Position numbers and translations under genes: made by a program
The notes under the pieces: generated by a model
Told to the model about the DNA's origin: nothing
Seen by the model: only the letters and a program-made list of their open reading frames with translations
The model's database searches: none
NCBI GenBank assembly: GCA_964016885.1
Contig: OZ024742.1
Coordinates: forward strand, 109,368,001 to 109,432,000
Source: Eledone cirrhosa
Lineage: Eukaryota
DNA: 64,000 bases
Reading direction: 5' to 3'
Part shown: piece after piece, positions 1 through 15,570 of the stretch
Layout: each line of letters opens with the position of its first letter
Numbering within the stretch: the stretch's first letter is position 1

Positions 1-369
1 GCAGAGTCTCGCACAGACGCTACATGTCAGCGCCATAGGAGGACCTTCGCTGTCTGGAAATGCAACAGCAATGCCCTTCCTCACATTCCTTTTTACTTTC
101 TCGTATGCGATTCGAGATGCCTCAAAAGCAACTTTCCCTTCATCCACAGTCTTTCTCCATTTATTACGATCAGCAGCTACGCTTTCCCATGTATCGGCAG
201 AGATGTTAGCGTCTTTCAAAGAGGCTTTCAACGAATCCTTATACCTCTTTTTGGGGTTTGTGTGGAGGTCGTTTTCCTTTAACTAACTCTCCATAAAAGA
301 GTTGTTTCAGTATTCTAGAATCTTTCATCCTGGCAAGGTGACCACTCCATCGGAGTCTTTGCTTAAGCA
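1..369 (-). mobile_element. RTE-clade LINE 3' coding fragment (continues past window start)
   Basis: Reverse complement aligns closely with 22665-23033 (LKQRLRWSGHLARM...CLSKAG region of the RTE copy). Confidence 0.85.
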
Positions 370-1644
370 AAGTATAGATAGTATGATATATTTTAACAGT
401 TGCATTTGTTTATTAATTTATGGTACTTGTCTGTGTACTGGTGGACGATTTCTATATATGATGATAAAGAATAATTTAGGAATGTTAGAGGCACATTTAT
501 TCCGAGAACGGTAGATTAATGTTGAGGGCTAGAGGTAAAGTTATTTAGAAGGACTAGCAGAAAAAATCACCTTTCGGGTGGTTTTTCTGCTAGCATGTGT
601 AGTGTGTATATTGATATTATACGCAGGTACATATACATGTAGATATGATACATCAAATAAAATCGTAATTGACAATATATAATGCATAGAAATTGAACGA
701 AGACTGCGTTACACTGTCTTATTTAATCAGTAACGTAATCCATGATACATTAAAAAAGACGATATTATATATAAACTGCATTAGGAGAAAATTAATGACG
801 GAAAATTAGTATGTTTATTTAAGTGATCGCCACGGGAAGTGTTGACATTTCAGAAATTTAAAAGAAATGGATCTTTAAATAAACAAAATATATTTAATGA
901 GCAGCCACGAAATTTAGTAGATAAATTATGTAATATTCATTCATTATTTATTCAAAGTAATCCAACTTATTTTATTAATGGGATAAAAAAAAATAAACCG
1001 TACGCAATCCCGCAGGCCTTCTTTTATTATAGTTTAGATTTTGGCTAAGTTTAACTACATCTATGCAGTGGAATTGATTATTCAAAGTGTGTCAGGTATT
1101 ACAAGATACGTAAAGATTATCAGGATTTGAATATACAAAGGATTAAGGGTTAGGAAGCAGACCATTATGTTTATTCAGATTAACATTTTCATGATTAACT
1201 GCTGTATTACTGTGAGAAAAATAGTAAGATTCAGGAGATTTACAGATATTTTTGGTTCCTGTACTCATAATATATATTCTCATTTTTATCTTATTAACAC
1301 AATTACTAATCACATGCGTACTTTTGTAAGGCTTATTATTATTTTCTTGTGGAGATATAAGATATTTTCTCACTATAACCAGATCTCACTAAAGCCTCAT
1401 TATAATACCAGGCGTTGCTGTTACAAATACCCTCATTAGCTGACATTTACGCTAAGGCCGTAATTTTTTAAGAATCTACGTAGACATTTTTTTCAAGTTT
1501 TCTAGCCTACGCTGATTAAAAATCTTAATATCAGAAATATATTATTATGATGAGCTGTGATGTACGAGTCCACACATGGAAATTCTCCATCTTGTTTGGA
1601 AGTTATATGTTAGTTATTAGCCACAGAACACTAGATAATAGGAA

Positions 1645-2178
<534 letters not shown>

Positions 2179-2987
2179 CATACATACATATCTATTCATA
2201 TCTATACATACAGTATATTATGACAAATTAAAAAATTCCTAGATTCTCTAAAAGCAATAATCTTAAATTCAGCTTGCTCCCTTAGTAATTATAACCTTAA
2301 AGATTTAACTTCTCATTTACAGAGAACTTGACTCTTTCATTATTTATTTCTCGCTGATGTTATCAAATTCTTTGATATATTACAAATATGATATATTAAA
2401 TTGCTATCTTATTACTTGCCAATATTAATGCCTATTAATTTATTTTTTATTATTTAGGTCTTTCTTGATGACTAATACAACACATATATGTATTAATTCA
2501 TCGTTCGTCACTCGTTTAGATTTGTATTGCGGTATTCTCTCTTCTCAATTTGTTTACCCTTTTAATACTAAACTGCCCTAAACCGCCTCTCCTTATATGA
2601 TTCTAAGCTGTATATTTTTAATTGTTTATATTTATCAAAATTCATCCATCATAATTTTATATAAGAACCTCTGTTAAGTTGTGCGCCAAACACCAGCCTT
2701 ATAATGAGAGAGCTAGGTATATTACTAATCTTTCGAAATTCTTGATTATTTTCAAAATTTAGGTGATGTCTTTAATAAAATATATAGGAACGTAAGGGTT
2801 AAGGAATTGGTGGGGTTTTTTCTCATTGTATTTCAAATTATTTCTATGGCGTCTGTGAGATATTTATAGACGTATTACATTTGCTTATCTTTCACAGGAT
2901 CAGACAAATATCAACTGAAACTCTCTCTCTGTCTCTCTCTCACTCTCTCTCTCTATCTATCTATCTATCTCTATTTCTCTCTCTCTC

Positions 2988-3058
<71 letters not shown>

Positions 3059-3443
3059 TCTCTCTCTCTCTCTCTGCACTGTTTGTATAAATTGTCTAAC
3101 ATCATTATCTAATCACATTTAGCTTTAATCTATCATAATGTTAACGAAATCGATGGGATCAAAGGAGAACATCACATCTCTAATAGTTTTAACATATTAT
3201 AGGAAAGGATGAATATAAACACTGTGATGCATTTTGTCTGACTCGCTTTCTATGGGAACGATAAGCTTCATCATAAGGCGGTGATGAATCGGCAGAGTGG
3301 ATAGTGGGTCAGATTAAATGCCTCGGTATTTATACCGGCTCACTGCACTCTGAATTCAAAATCCCGCAGTGTTCATTTTTGCATTTCGAGGTCGATAAAT
3401 AAAGTACTACTTCATTACTGGGGCCAATATTATCAAATTATAA

Positions 3444-3533
<90 letters not shown>

Positions 3534-3535
<2 letters not shown>

Positions 3536-4262
3536 CTACCATGTTGCTTGTTTATTTCCTTTCTTTGGTTTGTTTTTATCCTTCTATGTTGTTTACTTGT
3601 CCCCCTCGCTTTACGCAATTACTGGTCCCAATAACTTTTTTTAGATTATTGCTCGCACACACATGAGGTATCTGATTTTTAATGCGATGAAATACCAATG
3701 ATGGTTGGAAAATCACTGACGAAGGACTATTTTTATCATATGTAACCCATGTGCAAACCACGCAGTATTCTTCTTTCTTCTCATGTTTTTTTATATATAT
3801 TTACCTCGGCTGCGTTTGTCTGTTTCTCTCTTACTGCTTCCCCGCTCTCTCTGTTTCTCTCACCTTCTTTCGCCCCCTCTGTCAGTTACACTTTCTCTCG
3901 ACTGACCGCTTCCTGGCACTTCCACTCACTCACTGTCTGTTTCTCCCCTTCTCACTTCCTCCCGTTTGGCTAACAGTGGGTCTCTTCTTGCTTACATCTC
4001 ACTCACGTCGGACTGTCTGTACCTTTCGCTCATGAAATCCACCCAGATATGCTGACCAGGACTAACATGCTGCTTGTTTATTTCCTTTCTTTGGTTTGTT
4101 TTTATCCTTATATGTTGTTCACTTGTCCCCCTTGCTTTACGCAATTACTGGTCCCAATAACTTTTTTTAGATTATTGTTCGCACCAACCTGAGGTATCTG
4201 ATTTTTAATGCGATGAAATACCAATGATGGTTGGAAAATCACTGACGAAGGACTATTTTTAT
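3534..4262 (+). mobile_element. Probable PLE-derived non-autonomous element, ~1.4 tandem units of ~526 bp between (TA)n tracts
   Basis: ~200-bp direct repeat (3534-3736 vs 4060-4262), (TA)n on both sides; only a decayed hammerhead-like remnant near 3993-4051. Confidence 0.5.
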
Positions 4263-4634
4263 TATATATATATATATATCGCTCTCTCTCTCTCTCCCCC
4301 TCTCTTTTATGGAAGAAATGTACTGTATTCCGACCTAAAAAAGGATGGGCTCCACCAGCTATAAAATACCCAAGACACGCCATTAGGAGTTAAGAGCCCT
4401 TAACTTTCCTTTCCACCTACATGGTTGGCATATGGAAACGATGGTCCAAACTATAAAGCGTTTAAATGGGATTAAACATTAAATATTCGAACAACTGAAG
4501 CACATAACACGGCGAAGAAGTATTTATGAAGTCATTCAACCTGCTAAAGATAGTGAGCATATTTCATTTAATTCACACTCTGCCCTTTTAGAGAAAGAAA
4601 ACACATGTTAAATGGTGTAATTCTCACTTAAATC

Positions 4635-4850
4635 TAATAATTGTTTCTACTATAGGTACAAAGCTAGACATTTTAAGGGGAGTGTAAAGTCCATTACATC
4701 GACCCCAGTGCATTACTGGTGCTTTATTTATCGACCCCGTAAGGATGAAAGATAAAGCCAACATAGGCGGGATCTGAACTCAGAACGTAAAGCGCCGCAA
4801 CTCTATGCCACGAAACATGTTTCTGACGCTCTACCGATTCTGCCAATCTA
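4635..4850 (-). mobile_element. tRNA-derived SINE (family 1)
   Basis: Reverse complement has box A TGGCAGAATCGG, box B-like GAGTTCAGATCC and the CTTTCATCCTTACGGGGTCGATAA core. Confidence 0.8.
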
Positions 4851-5733
4851 GTTAAATATAAATGTTTGTTTTTGGTGAAAAGAGATAGGAGATTTGGAGA
4901 AAACGAAGTGAGGCTTTGATCAATGTCTACATAACCTTTCATTTCTTGCGAAAACGATAAAAAAACACCAGATATATTACTGTGAATGAGAAACTTGACA
5001 AATAACTCAGCATGGCCGTAGTCCAATTACAGTATTATTGAAAGACGAATAAATGAAGAATGTCAGAAGTATATTATTATGAGAAGCTGTGATGTACGAC
5101 TGGACAAATGGAAATTCGTCATCCTGTTTGGTGGTTATAACTTTGTCATTAGCCACAGAGCATGACATATGATAAAAATAACACATCAAAAATGAAATAT
5201 TGACACGTCTTTGGGTACCATATTTCATATTTCAATTAAACTTTCAGAAGATCCGAATTATTAAACCAGTTGCAAGAAAATTGACATCTAATATATCTGG
5301 GACTTCATTTTTTTTCTCTCTTTTCGTCTAATATATGGTTTATGACAGTTGTGGCAAACTGTTTTAGTTATACAAGAGCTTATTACAGATGTTGTCCCAG
5401 TAAAACTGTGGTCATTAATGTGTAGAGGTAAGGAGACTATGTTTAGCAGTTGACCTGACAAACGCATTTAATAAAAGTACCGTTATCTGCAATAGTATGT
5501 AGTTTGGAGGACATACTTATATATTGCGTCCATGCTAAGACTCAGTCTTATAGTCGATCATATCAACGGCAATGCTTATTTCATTGTCAAATCTGGTGGG
5601 TATTTTATCGATCTCTTTTTGACGAACCACTAAGTTATGTGGCATAAACACAGACGCACTAAAATACGTAATCACTGACACCTGCACACACACATACACA
5701 CACGCAAATATATATATATATGCACACACAAAG

Positions 5734-5809
<76 letters not shown>

Positions 5810-6586
5810 TACATGAATCAAAGTTCTGTTTAAACCATTTATTCGCTTACAATTGTTTCTTCCAAACCGAGGTTTGGAGTCTTCGGAGCAATTTTTCAAT
5901 GATTGTTTACATACATGACCTCCTTTTGAACACAAGAGACATACAGAAACATATGTATATATTGATGCACAGTGGGTTGACATCCATTATAATATTTAGC
6001 ATGGCAATTTACATTCAAAGATTAAAGTCATATCAAAGAACAAAATTAAAGTTAAAATACAACATTGGCAGTTTACGAAGATAATAGTTTGAAGTAGTTA
6101 GTGTATGCAATAGTTACACATGGGGCATGCACGTGTGTCTTGTTTATATAAGATTATAGTGCGGCAGGGTGTTATATGTAATACAAGCACTTTAAGCGGG
6201 CAATCAAGAGTATTATGGGGGTTGTATTGGTAAAGTATTTTTTATATGTATGATATAGAAGCTTGTGTGTAGAGAAATAGTTAAAATATTAAAAATGAGA
6301 AGCAAAACAATGTTATGGTTTTCGTATACACCATTTTCACAATCCAGGAAACGTAATATATAGATTTGGAAGAAACAATTGTAAGCGAATAAATGGTTTA
6401 AACAGAACTTTGATTCATGTAATTTCTATATGACTGCTCTGTAGAACAACTGATGTTATTACATTGAGTTATTTATCTTACTGGTAATAAGGTAGTAATA
6501 AATTACTGTCTTTCCCTATTTAGGGTTTAAAATATATATAACTAAAAAGGTTTTAGTATATAAATAACCATAAATAGTATCCTTAA

Positions 6587-6686
<100 letters not shown>

Positions 6687-6830
6687 TATTTTCCGTTGTG
6701 TTGTAATATAAATATTACACACAGTAGATTGACAGCTCACGTAGAGTTTGCTCGACGGTTCCAGTTGTAGTTCCAAAAGTAATCCGGAGAAAAATAGAAA
6801 GATTTGAATGGATACAGTTTAGTTGAAAGG

Positions 6831-6958
6831 AATTTATTGACACGTGTTTCTATAACAGTTACATAACCTGAAAACAGCTGCTATCTACAAAGTTTTAGTT
6901 ATGCAGACATTCAATATTTCAATGTTATTATTTACTGTCATTTCATCAGAATAATATT
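6831..6958 (-). ncRNA. Type I hammerhead ribozyme (family A), mirror copy
   Basis: Reverse complement of 7591-7718. Confidence 0.7.
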
Positions 6959-7590
6959 ACTGAGGACCTATTTGGTTTTTATAGAGAATATTAGGAGGGA
7001 GGGGTGAAGTTGTTAGAAGAATAGTTGAGGGAGTGGTTTTTTGATAGCAGTGAGAATTTTTGGTGGCAGTGAGTAATTAGATTCCCATCTGTTGTTTTGA
7101 CATTTTTATAGAATATATTATTGGTTATTTTTCTAAATCTATAGAAGGATTAGAGATAGTAAAGATATGCGTGGTTGGTTTTGTGTTTGCACTTAATTAA
7201 CATTCAGACTTAAATTTTTCTTTCAAGTTTACGTATCCTTTCACCCACGCATTCACACACAAATATATTTGCACACCTCTACAAAATACATATACTCACA
7301 TTCACATAGTAACATGTTCATACTTACATACATATACACATGCATACATATATATATACACACATGTATTAATGTACATACATACGCGTTCATCTCTAAT
7401 CCTTCTATAGATTTAGAAAAATAACCAATAATATATTCTATAAAAATGTCAAAACAACAGATGGGAATCTAATTACTCACTGCCACCAAAAATTCTCACT
7501 GCTATCAAAAAACCACTCCCTCAACTATTCTTCTAACAACTTCACCCCTCCCTCCTAATATTCTCTATAAAAACCAAATAGGTCCTCAGT

Positions 7591-7718
7591 AATATTATTC
7601 TGATGAAATGACAGTAAATAATAACATTGAAATATTGAATGTCTGCATAACTAAAACTTTGTAGATAGTAGCTGTTTTCAGGTTATGTAACTGTTATAGA
7701 AACACGTGTCAATAAATT
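7591..7718 (+). ncRNA. Type I hammerhead ribozyme (family A) with ~90-nt branched stem II
   Basis: TTATT-CTGATGA(7600)-A-ATGACAGT...ACTGTTAT-A-GAAA(7699)-CACGTG-TC^-AATAA; palindromic stem III ACACGTGT; GUC triplet at 7708-7710. Confidence 0.72.
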
Positions 7719-7749
7719 CCTTTCAACTAAACTGTATCCATTCAAATCT

Positions 7750-7887
<138 letters not shown>

Positions 7888-8094
7888 AGTTCCACAGCAA
7901 ATTAGCAAACCATACTCGAAGACGTGCGTTTAATGGTACGGATTTTCAACCTGTGTTTGACTGCAGTGATAATGGAAGTATATATGAGCTGACTGGATTC
8001 TGCGCGGCAGACATCGGTAATTTGGTGGCAGGGGAGATAACCCAAATTAGACTGTTGGAAGGGTGGGGAGATAATTTTCATTTGAGTTAGTTTA

Positions 8095-8790
8095 GAACTA
8101 TTCGATGTCTCAATTAGATCATTCGATAGTGCTGATGCATGCGATTTGTTTGGATTATATATATCAGATACGTTGCGAGTCAATTCACAGACTTCCACAT
8201 GGTTTATACCGCGACGATGGTCTGACCCTATCGAGCCATAAAAGCAGTCACGACCATAATCGATTTAGAAAAAAACCTCATAACCAAGTTCAATGAGTTG
8301 GGACTTAAGATCACTGTAGCTACTAATCTGACAAGCGTAAATTATTTAGACATCAACCTAGACCTTCGCACACACATATTCAGAACTTTCCACAAACTTG
8401 ACAAAAAGTTAACTTATATACATAAAGATACATGTCACGCAGCTACGGTCTTTAAGAACAGTTAAATTCATCAGCACTAAGATTTGTAATCTTTCTGCTA
8501 ACAAGGTTATCTTTGACTGAGCGGTACCTGTCTATAACACTGCGTTAACCAACAGCAGCTTCTCCGATAACATTTCTTACTCCCCTCCTAATTACACAAC
8601 AGTAGAAAGAAAAATATAAATAAAAAAAATAATTTGGTTCTGCCCAACCTTCTTGCTCGAAGTTAGAAGTAATGTAGGTAGGACATTCTTGGCACTCCTA
8701 GACAAACACTTACCTATAGGACATAAATACAAACCTTCACCACACGCATGCTGTTTCAGAAAGCCAGAATCATGCCCTTACAAGTCCATA
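8095..8790 (+). mobile_element. Degenerate Penelope-like element reverse transcriptase
   Basis: Frameshifted motifs FDVSIRSFDSADACDLFGLY, GLYRDDGL, GLKITVATNLTSVNYLDINLDL and IIWFCPTF..VRSNVGRTFLALLDKHLP, all typical of PLE RT/thumb. Confidence 0.85.
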
Positions 8791-9194
8791 AATCTTAAGT
8801 TATAAGTTCTTAGTAAGTAGACCTTCACTTAATTATTGATACATTTATTACTGGATTATGCTTCCATAATTTTCTATTGTTTTCCATGATATATCATATT
8901 AATATCAATTTTATATTTTTATTATTTCAAATAATAAGTGTTATTGAACTTATATGCCCTGGTTTTATACCTATAACTCTAAGTTAGTGATTAGTATGTA
9001 TGTATTAGTGTGTAATAGTTTAGTATAATATCTGTAGTTACTGCACGTTACATTTTCATCACTAATAAACTTTAATTGTGTATTTCGGCTTCCATAACAT
9101 TTTAACGTTTTCCCAACAGTATTTGAATTGTTTATACTTTTCGGACGTCTGTGATAGATTTATGGAAAAGTTGGTAAATATTATGTGTATTTAA

Positions 9195-9350
9195 GGGGCG
9201 GTGGATTGGCAGCATTGTATTATGACCCTTTATGTTCTTAGTTCAAATCCCGCCGAGTTTAACTTTTCCTTTCATCCTTACGGGGTCGATAAAATAAAGC
9301 ACCAGTAATGCCCTGGAGTAATTGCTGGCATTGTGCCAAAAGAAGAAACA
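9195..9350 (+). mobile_element. SINE family 1 with 15-bp TSD
   Basis: TSD ATTAT(G/T)TGTATTTAA at 9180-9194 and 9351-9365. Confidence 0.85.
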
Positions 9351-9359
9351 ATTATTTGT

Positions 9360-9442
9360 ATTTAATTGATTCTGATGAGATTATTATAATAGGAATGGAA
9401 TGTTCCAGTTATTTTAACGAAACGATCGTCAATCAATTAAAT
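9360..9442 (+). ncRNA. Type I hammerhead ribozyme (family B) downstream of the PLE RT
   Basis: 12-bp stem I ATTTAATTGATT/AATCAATTAAAT, CTGATGA at 9372, GAAA at 9419, palindromic stem III ACGATCGT, GUC triplet 9428-9430; stem II partly decayed. Confidence 0.85.
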
Positions 9443-9710
9443 GATTTAATTTAAATCCTTGTTAATCCTTATTCATTTATATATATTCGCTGTGATAGTG
9501 TAAAACTACCATGGTTGGAAATTTACTGGTTGGATTAAACTCTGAACTGTCTCTTACCTACATTGTGGTCTATAAAATCACATAGAGCTTTAATATTTTC
9601 TTCATATGGTTGTATTAAAACAACGATGGGTATTATAATTTTTGTTATTAGAATATGGTTAAATAAAGTTTTAATTGTGAGCATATTTTGTTACAAAGTT
9701 AACATATATT

Positions 9711-9816
9711 AATTGTTTCTACTTTAGGCACAAGGCCAGCAATTACCCAGTGCATTACTGGTACTTTATTTTATCGACCCCGTAAGGATGAAAGGCAAAG
9801 TCAACCTCGGCGGGAT
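9711..9816 (-). mobile_element. 5'-truncated SINE family 1
   Basis: Reverse complement of the SINE core and tail. Confidence 0.75.
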
Positions 9817-10428
9817 TAATAGTAACAAATCTACCTCGAATTATTCCCACTGTGTTGGTTATAATTTTCGTAATAGATAATTTAGTCTGATAAAATATTC
9901 ACAACTAATGATTCAAGTTAAGATATGATAAATATACGTTTTGACATCTGGTCTTTAAACCATAACAATATCATAAACTATAAAATCGTTTAGAAGATAG
10001 AATATACCAATCTTCACTATCAGAGTAAATATGCTTGTTATCTTTTGTTTTTTCTGGTGAAAATAAATATATTATTACATAAAACACCCGTTCAGAGCTA
10101 ATAAATTTTGACTATAAATCGAAATTTTATTGAAAAAATATTTTTCAAGGCCTCCAACGTTGGACAGCGAGTAGCATCGTATCATAGTGTTACATGCACT
10201 AAACTAAACAAAAGATTTTCTCATATTCAATAGCTTTTTCTTCATAAATAGACATTTTTGTTGGAATATTCCAAAATACCTATTGGGTGAATGTCGGATG
10301 TACTTGTTGTATAATAATGTTTCACGCTCCAAACAAATAAAAAGAGATTCTATTGTTAACTTGCAACTTGTATTGAACGGTTTTTATTTCGTATATAAAT
10401 ATAAGATATCGGTTGACTCGTTTCTTTT

Positions 10429-10470
10429 ATTGCTTGAAGATCGATAAAACGTGAAACTGAGAGTCGCAAT
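10429..10470 (+). ncRNA. Minimal type I hammerhead with C3>U core change
   Basis: ATTGC-TTGAAGA-TCGATAAAACGT-GAAA-CTGAGAG-TC^-GCAAT; followed by GTATTGAGT at 10521 and then microsatellite. Confidence 0.55.
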
Positions 10471-10529
10471 TTGTGAAGTTTCAGCTTGAAATAAATTCGA
10501 TTATATTACTTTATTCCATTGTATTGAGT

Positions 10530-12120
<1,591 letters not shown>

Positions 12121-12445
12121 TGAGGGGGGAAGAGAGAAAGATAGTTAGATGGATAAGGGGAGAAAGAAGGAGATAAATAATTTACGGAAATTGTAAAGAG
12201 AGAGAGAGAGTGTGATTGTGAAAGTATAAGAAGGTGGGGAGAATATGTGGAGGGCGTAAGAGATGGAGTGAGGGGGAGAGAGAAAAGTAAACTAGAGGGA
12301 GACCGGGGGTGGGGCGATAAACGAACATATGTATGAATGGAATATAAAGCAATGTAATTGATGGTGGGGGCTGGGGGTGGGGAGGAGGAGGATGAAGAAA
12401 AATAATTTTTAAAAATGAATGATAAAATTAAAGGAAGCTGAAGAA

Positions 12446-12481
<36 letters not shown>

Positions 12482-12587
12482 GATGATGATGATGAAGATG
12501 ATGATGATGATGATGATGAAGAAGAAGAAGAAGAAGAAGAAGAAGAAGAAGAAGAAGAAGAAGAAGAAGAAGAAGAAGAAGAAGAAG

Positions 12588-12621
<34 letters not shown>

Positions 12622-12841
12622 ACAACAGCAGCAACAATATCGACATCAACAACAACAACAACAACAACAGCAGCAGCAGCAGCAGCAACAACATCTTCAA
12701 CAACAACAGCAGCATCAACATCAGCAACAACAACATCATCAATAACAACAGCAACAACAACAACAGCAGCAGCAACAACAACATCATCAACAACAACAGC
12801 AGCAGCAGCAACAACAATAACATCATCAACAACAACAGCAA

Positions 12842-12883
<42 letters not shown>

Positions 12884-12958
12884 CATCATCAACAACAACA
12901 GCAGCAGCAGCAACAGCAGCAACAACAACAACAGCAGCAGCAGCAACAACATCATCAA

Positions 12959-12999
<41 letters not shown>

Positions 13000-13063
13000 T
13001 CAATATCAGCAACAACAACAACATCAATAACTACAACAGCAACAACAACATCATCAACAACAA
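12446..13063 (+). repeat. Compound trinucleotide repeat (GAT)n(GAA)n(CAA)n(CAA/CAG/CAT)n
   Basis: Direct reading. Confidence 0.95.
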
Positions 13064-13439
13064 TACGAGGATGGTGAATGCTGAATGGAAATGGTAAAAT
13101 ACTGGAATTGTGAATGGCAACTAAGGAGGGAGGGAGGGTTGGGGAATGTGGCGGGGGTGAGTGGGAGGGAGGGAGGATTGAGGAATGTGAGGGGGTGGGA
13201 GGGAGGATTGAGGAATGTGAGAGGGAGGGGGTGAACACCGACAACAAAAGAAGTGGGGAAAATAAAGGAAGGAAGGAATATCAAGAAAAAGAATGAATTA
13301 AAAACAGAAAGAAAGAAGGGAAGGATAAAGGAAGAAAGAGATAGATAGAGAACGAAGAATGAGAAAGGAATTTGCGAAAGAAGTCTGAGGTATGATACAC
13401 ACACTCATTCACACACACACATACACACACTATATATCT

Positions 13440-13489
<50 letters not shown>

Positions 13490-13662
13490 GTTATTCCGGG
13501 TTGAATCGGAAGTAACCACAGTAAGTAAGGTACTCAATACATTGCAGAGTATAAAAGTTTTAATATAGATGAGATTCTACAGGATTAGAACTGTTTCATT
13601 CTTTAGATGATTTCTAAAGAATGAAACAGTTCTAATCCTGTAGAATCTCATCTATATTAAAA

Positions 13663-13665
<3 letters not shown>
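13490..13665. mobile_element. Tiny fold-back element (53-bp perfect arms plus one-sided tail) in (TA)n
   Basis: AAGTTTTAAT...TTCTTTAGA-TGATT-TCTAAAGAA...ATTAAAACTT; tail carries GTACTCAATAC (13530-13540). Confidence 0.7.
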
Positions 13666-13712
<47 letters not shown>

Positions 13713-13749
13713 AAACGGAGAATCAGTGTTGCGACGAATAAAATTTATT

Positions 13750-13846
13750 AGACATATTACAATCGTTTCTTTGGCCACCAGCTCGAGGCACGATCGATGT
13801 AATGATCGAACCTGACTCTGAAATCGCAAGGCCCTCAGATACATCT
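13750..13846 (-). ncRNA. Decayed type I hammerhead in a ~220-bp (TA)n-flanked element
   Basis: Minus strand AGATGTAT-CTGAGGG...GAAA-CGATTG-TA^-ATATGTCT; stems I and III fit, but the core is not CTGANGA. Confidence 0.4.
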
Positions 13847-13928
13847 CGATATCATACTCTGCCCTGTAAGAGCATCGAGTGCTCAAACGGCCTACCGCTT
13901 ACGGACGCTTTAAGCATCCCACACCAAT

Positions 13929-13976
<48 letters not shown>

Positions 13977-14027
13977 TACATACATATTTATATACATATA
14001 TACATATATGTCTTTATAATACATGGA

Positions 14028-14129
<102 letters not shown>

Positions 14130-14257
14130 AAAGTTCTATTTAAATTGTTGGGATACAACAAGCAAATATTTTTATAACTGATATAAAGCACTCAACAAAT
14201 ATTTGGAGTAAAAATACGATATTAATAAATGGAAACTATATTTATAAAACCATATTT

Positions 14258-14320
14258 ATTTCATTATACATATTTCAAGGACACCAAGTTAAATTATGGT
14301 GTGCTTTCATCAGATAAAAT
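14258..14320 (-). ncRNA. Type I hammerhead (family C), mirror copy
   Basis: Reverse complement of 14505-14567. Confidence 0.8.
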
Positions 14321-14504
14321 ATAATATAGATCATCAGATAAAATATAATATAGATCAGTTTTATAAATAAATATTGACATACCCTTAAAAATGCAACCAT
14401 TACTGTTGGAAGCTCCCGGATAGACTATCCGGGAGCTTCCAACAATAATGGTTGCATTTTTTAAGGGTATGTCAATATTTATTTATAAAACTGATCTATA
14501 TTAT

Positions 14505-14567
14505 ATTTTATCTGATGAAAGCACACCATAATTTAACTTGGTGTCCTTGAAATATGTATAATGAAAT
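14505..14567 (+). ncRNA. Type I hammerhead ribozyme (family C)
   Basis: ATTTTAT-CTGATGA(14512)-AAGCACACCA...TGGTGTCCTT-GAAA(14549)-TATGTA-TA^-ATGAAAT; quasi-palindromic stem III; AUA triplet. Confidence 0.8.
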
Positions 14568-14607
14568 AAATATGGTTTTATAAATATAGTTTCCATTTGT
14601 TAATATC

Positions 14608-14690
<83 letters not shown>

Positions 14691-15119
14691 AGAGAGAGGG
14701 GGAGAGAGTAAAGGAGTTAGATGAGAGAAGGTGAAACAGAACGATATGTAAAGAAAGGAAAAAGAAAATTACAAATAAAATAAGAAAGAAAAGAAATACA
14801 ATAAACAAGAATGAAAGGCGTCTTTAGATGATTTCTCGTTTCTATTTTGAATTAAATCTATAATTGTTACTCTTTCTATCTGATATATATTATGTCGATA
14901 AGAAAAACGAACAACTTTTGAATTGTTACGTAACTCGAGACATGTTCTTTAACAGATAAGTGAGCTGTTATCAGCAGGAGTCATTTCCTGTCCAGTCTTA
15001 CCTAAGGTGAAATCTTCCTACGTTTTACTTCCTGTCCAACTAAGATTAGATTTCATCAAATATGAATACGTAATAAATTTCTTTGCAATTGGCCTTTACG
15101 TTTACCATAGTTGTTACGA

Positions 15120-15570
15120 AGGCGAGTGACTTAATGGTTGTGTCAAGATTGTTCGACTCAAGAACGTAACTTTGTCAGTTCGATTCCTGGCGGAGGCGCA
15201 TTTTGTCCTTGGAAAAAATGATTTGTACTTGTCACACACACGAGTATCACACTAAATCTCACTGAAAACTACGTTAAGTGCTCGTGTTTGTAGAATGCTC
15301 ATGTTTGTAAAATGCTCATGTCTGTAGAATGCTCATGTCTCTACAATGCACGGTAATTTCACGAGTACACGTTAACGTAACACAGTTCAGGTTGTTACAG
15401 CGTGTGTGAGAAGACTAGAACCTTTGTATTACAAGTACAATGCGTTTTTACCAGCTGAATGAACTGGATCAACCTGAAATAAAGTGATTTTGCTCAATGT
15501 GCCGCCGAGAATCGAACTCATCACCTCACGATCGTGAGTTGAAAACCGTAACCGCTAATATACGTGCTTT
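15120..15570. mobile_element. Two decayed SINEs of family 2 in opposite orientations
   Basis: + copy head GGCGAGTGACTTAATGGTT...GTTCGATTCC at 15121; - copy with GAGTTCGATTC box B ending ~15560; related to 25430-25565 and 58958-59260. Confidence 0.55.

Noticed and set aside
554-593. CTAGCAG..CTGCTAG hairpin as a terminator or Helitron end
   Set aside because: Isolated; an intrinsic terminator is irrelevant in a eukaryote, and no matching element start was found.
3716-3740. CTGACGA box
   Set aside because: No stem II or GAAA partner downstream in either copy.
6340-6395. GAAACAATTGTA half-hammerhead with a possible PLE C-terminus upstream
   Set aside because: No CTGANGA or stem I recoverable; protein similarity too weak.
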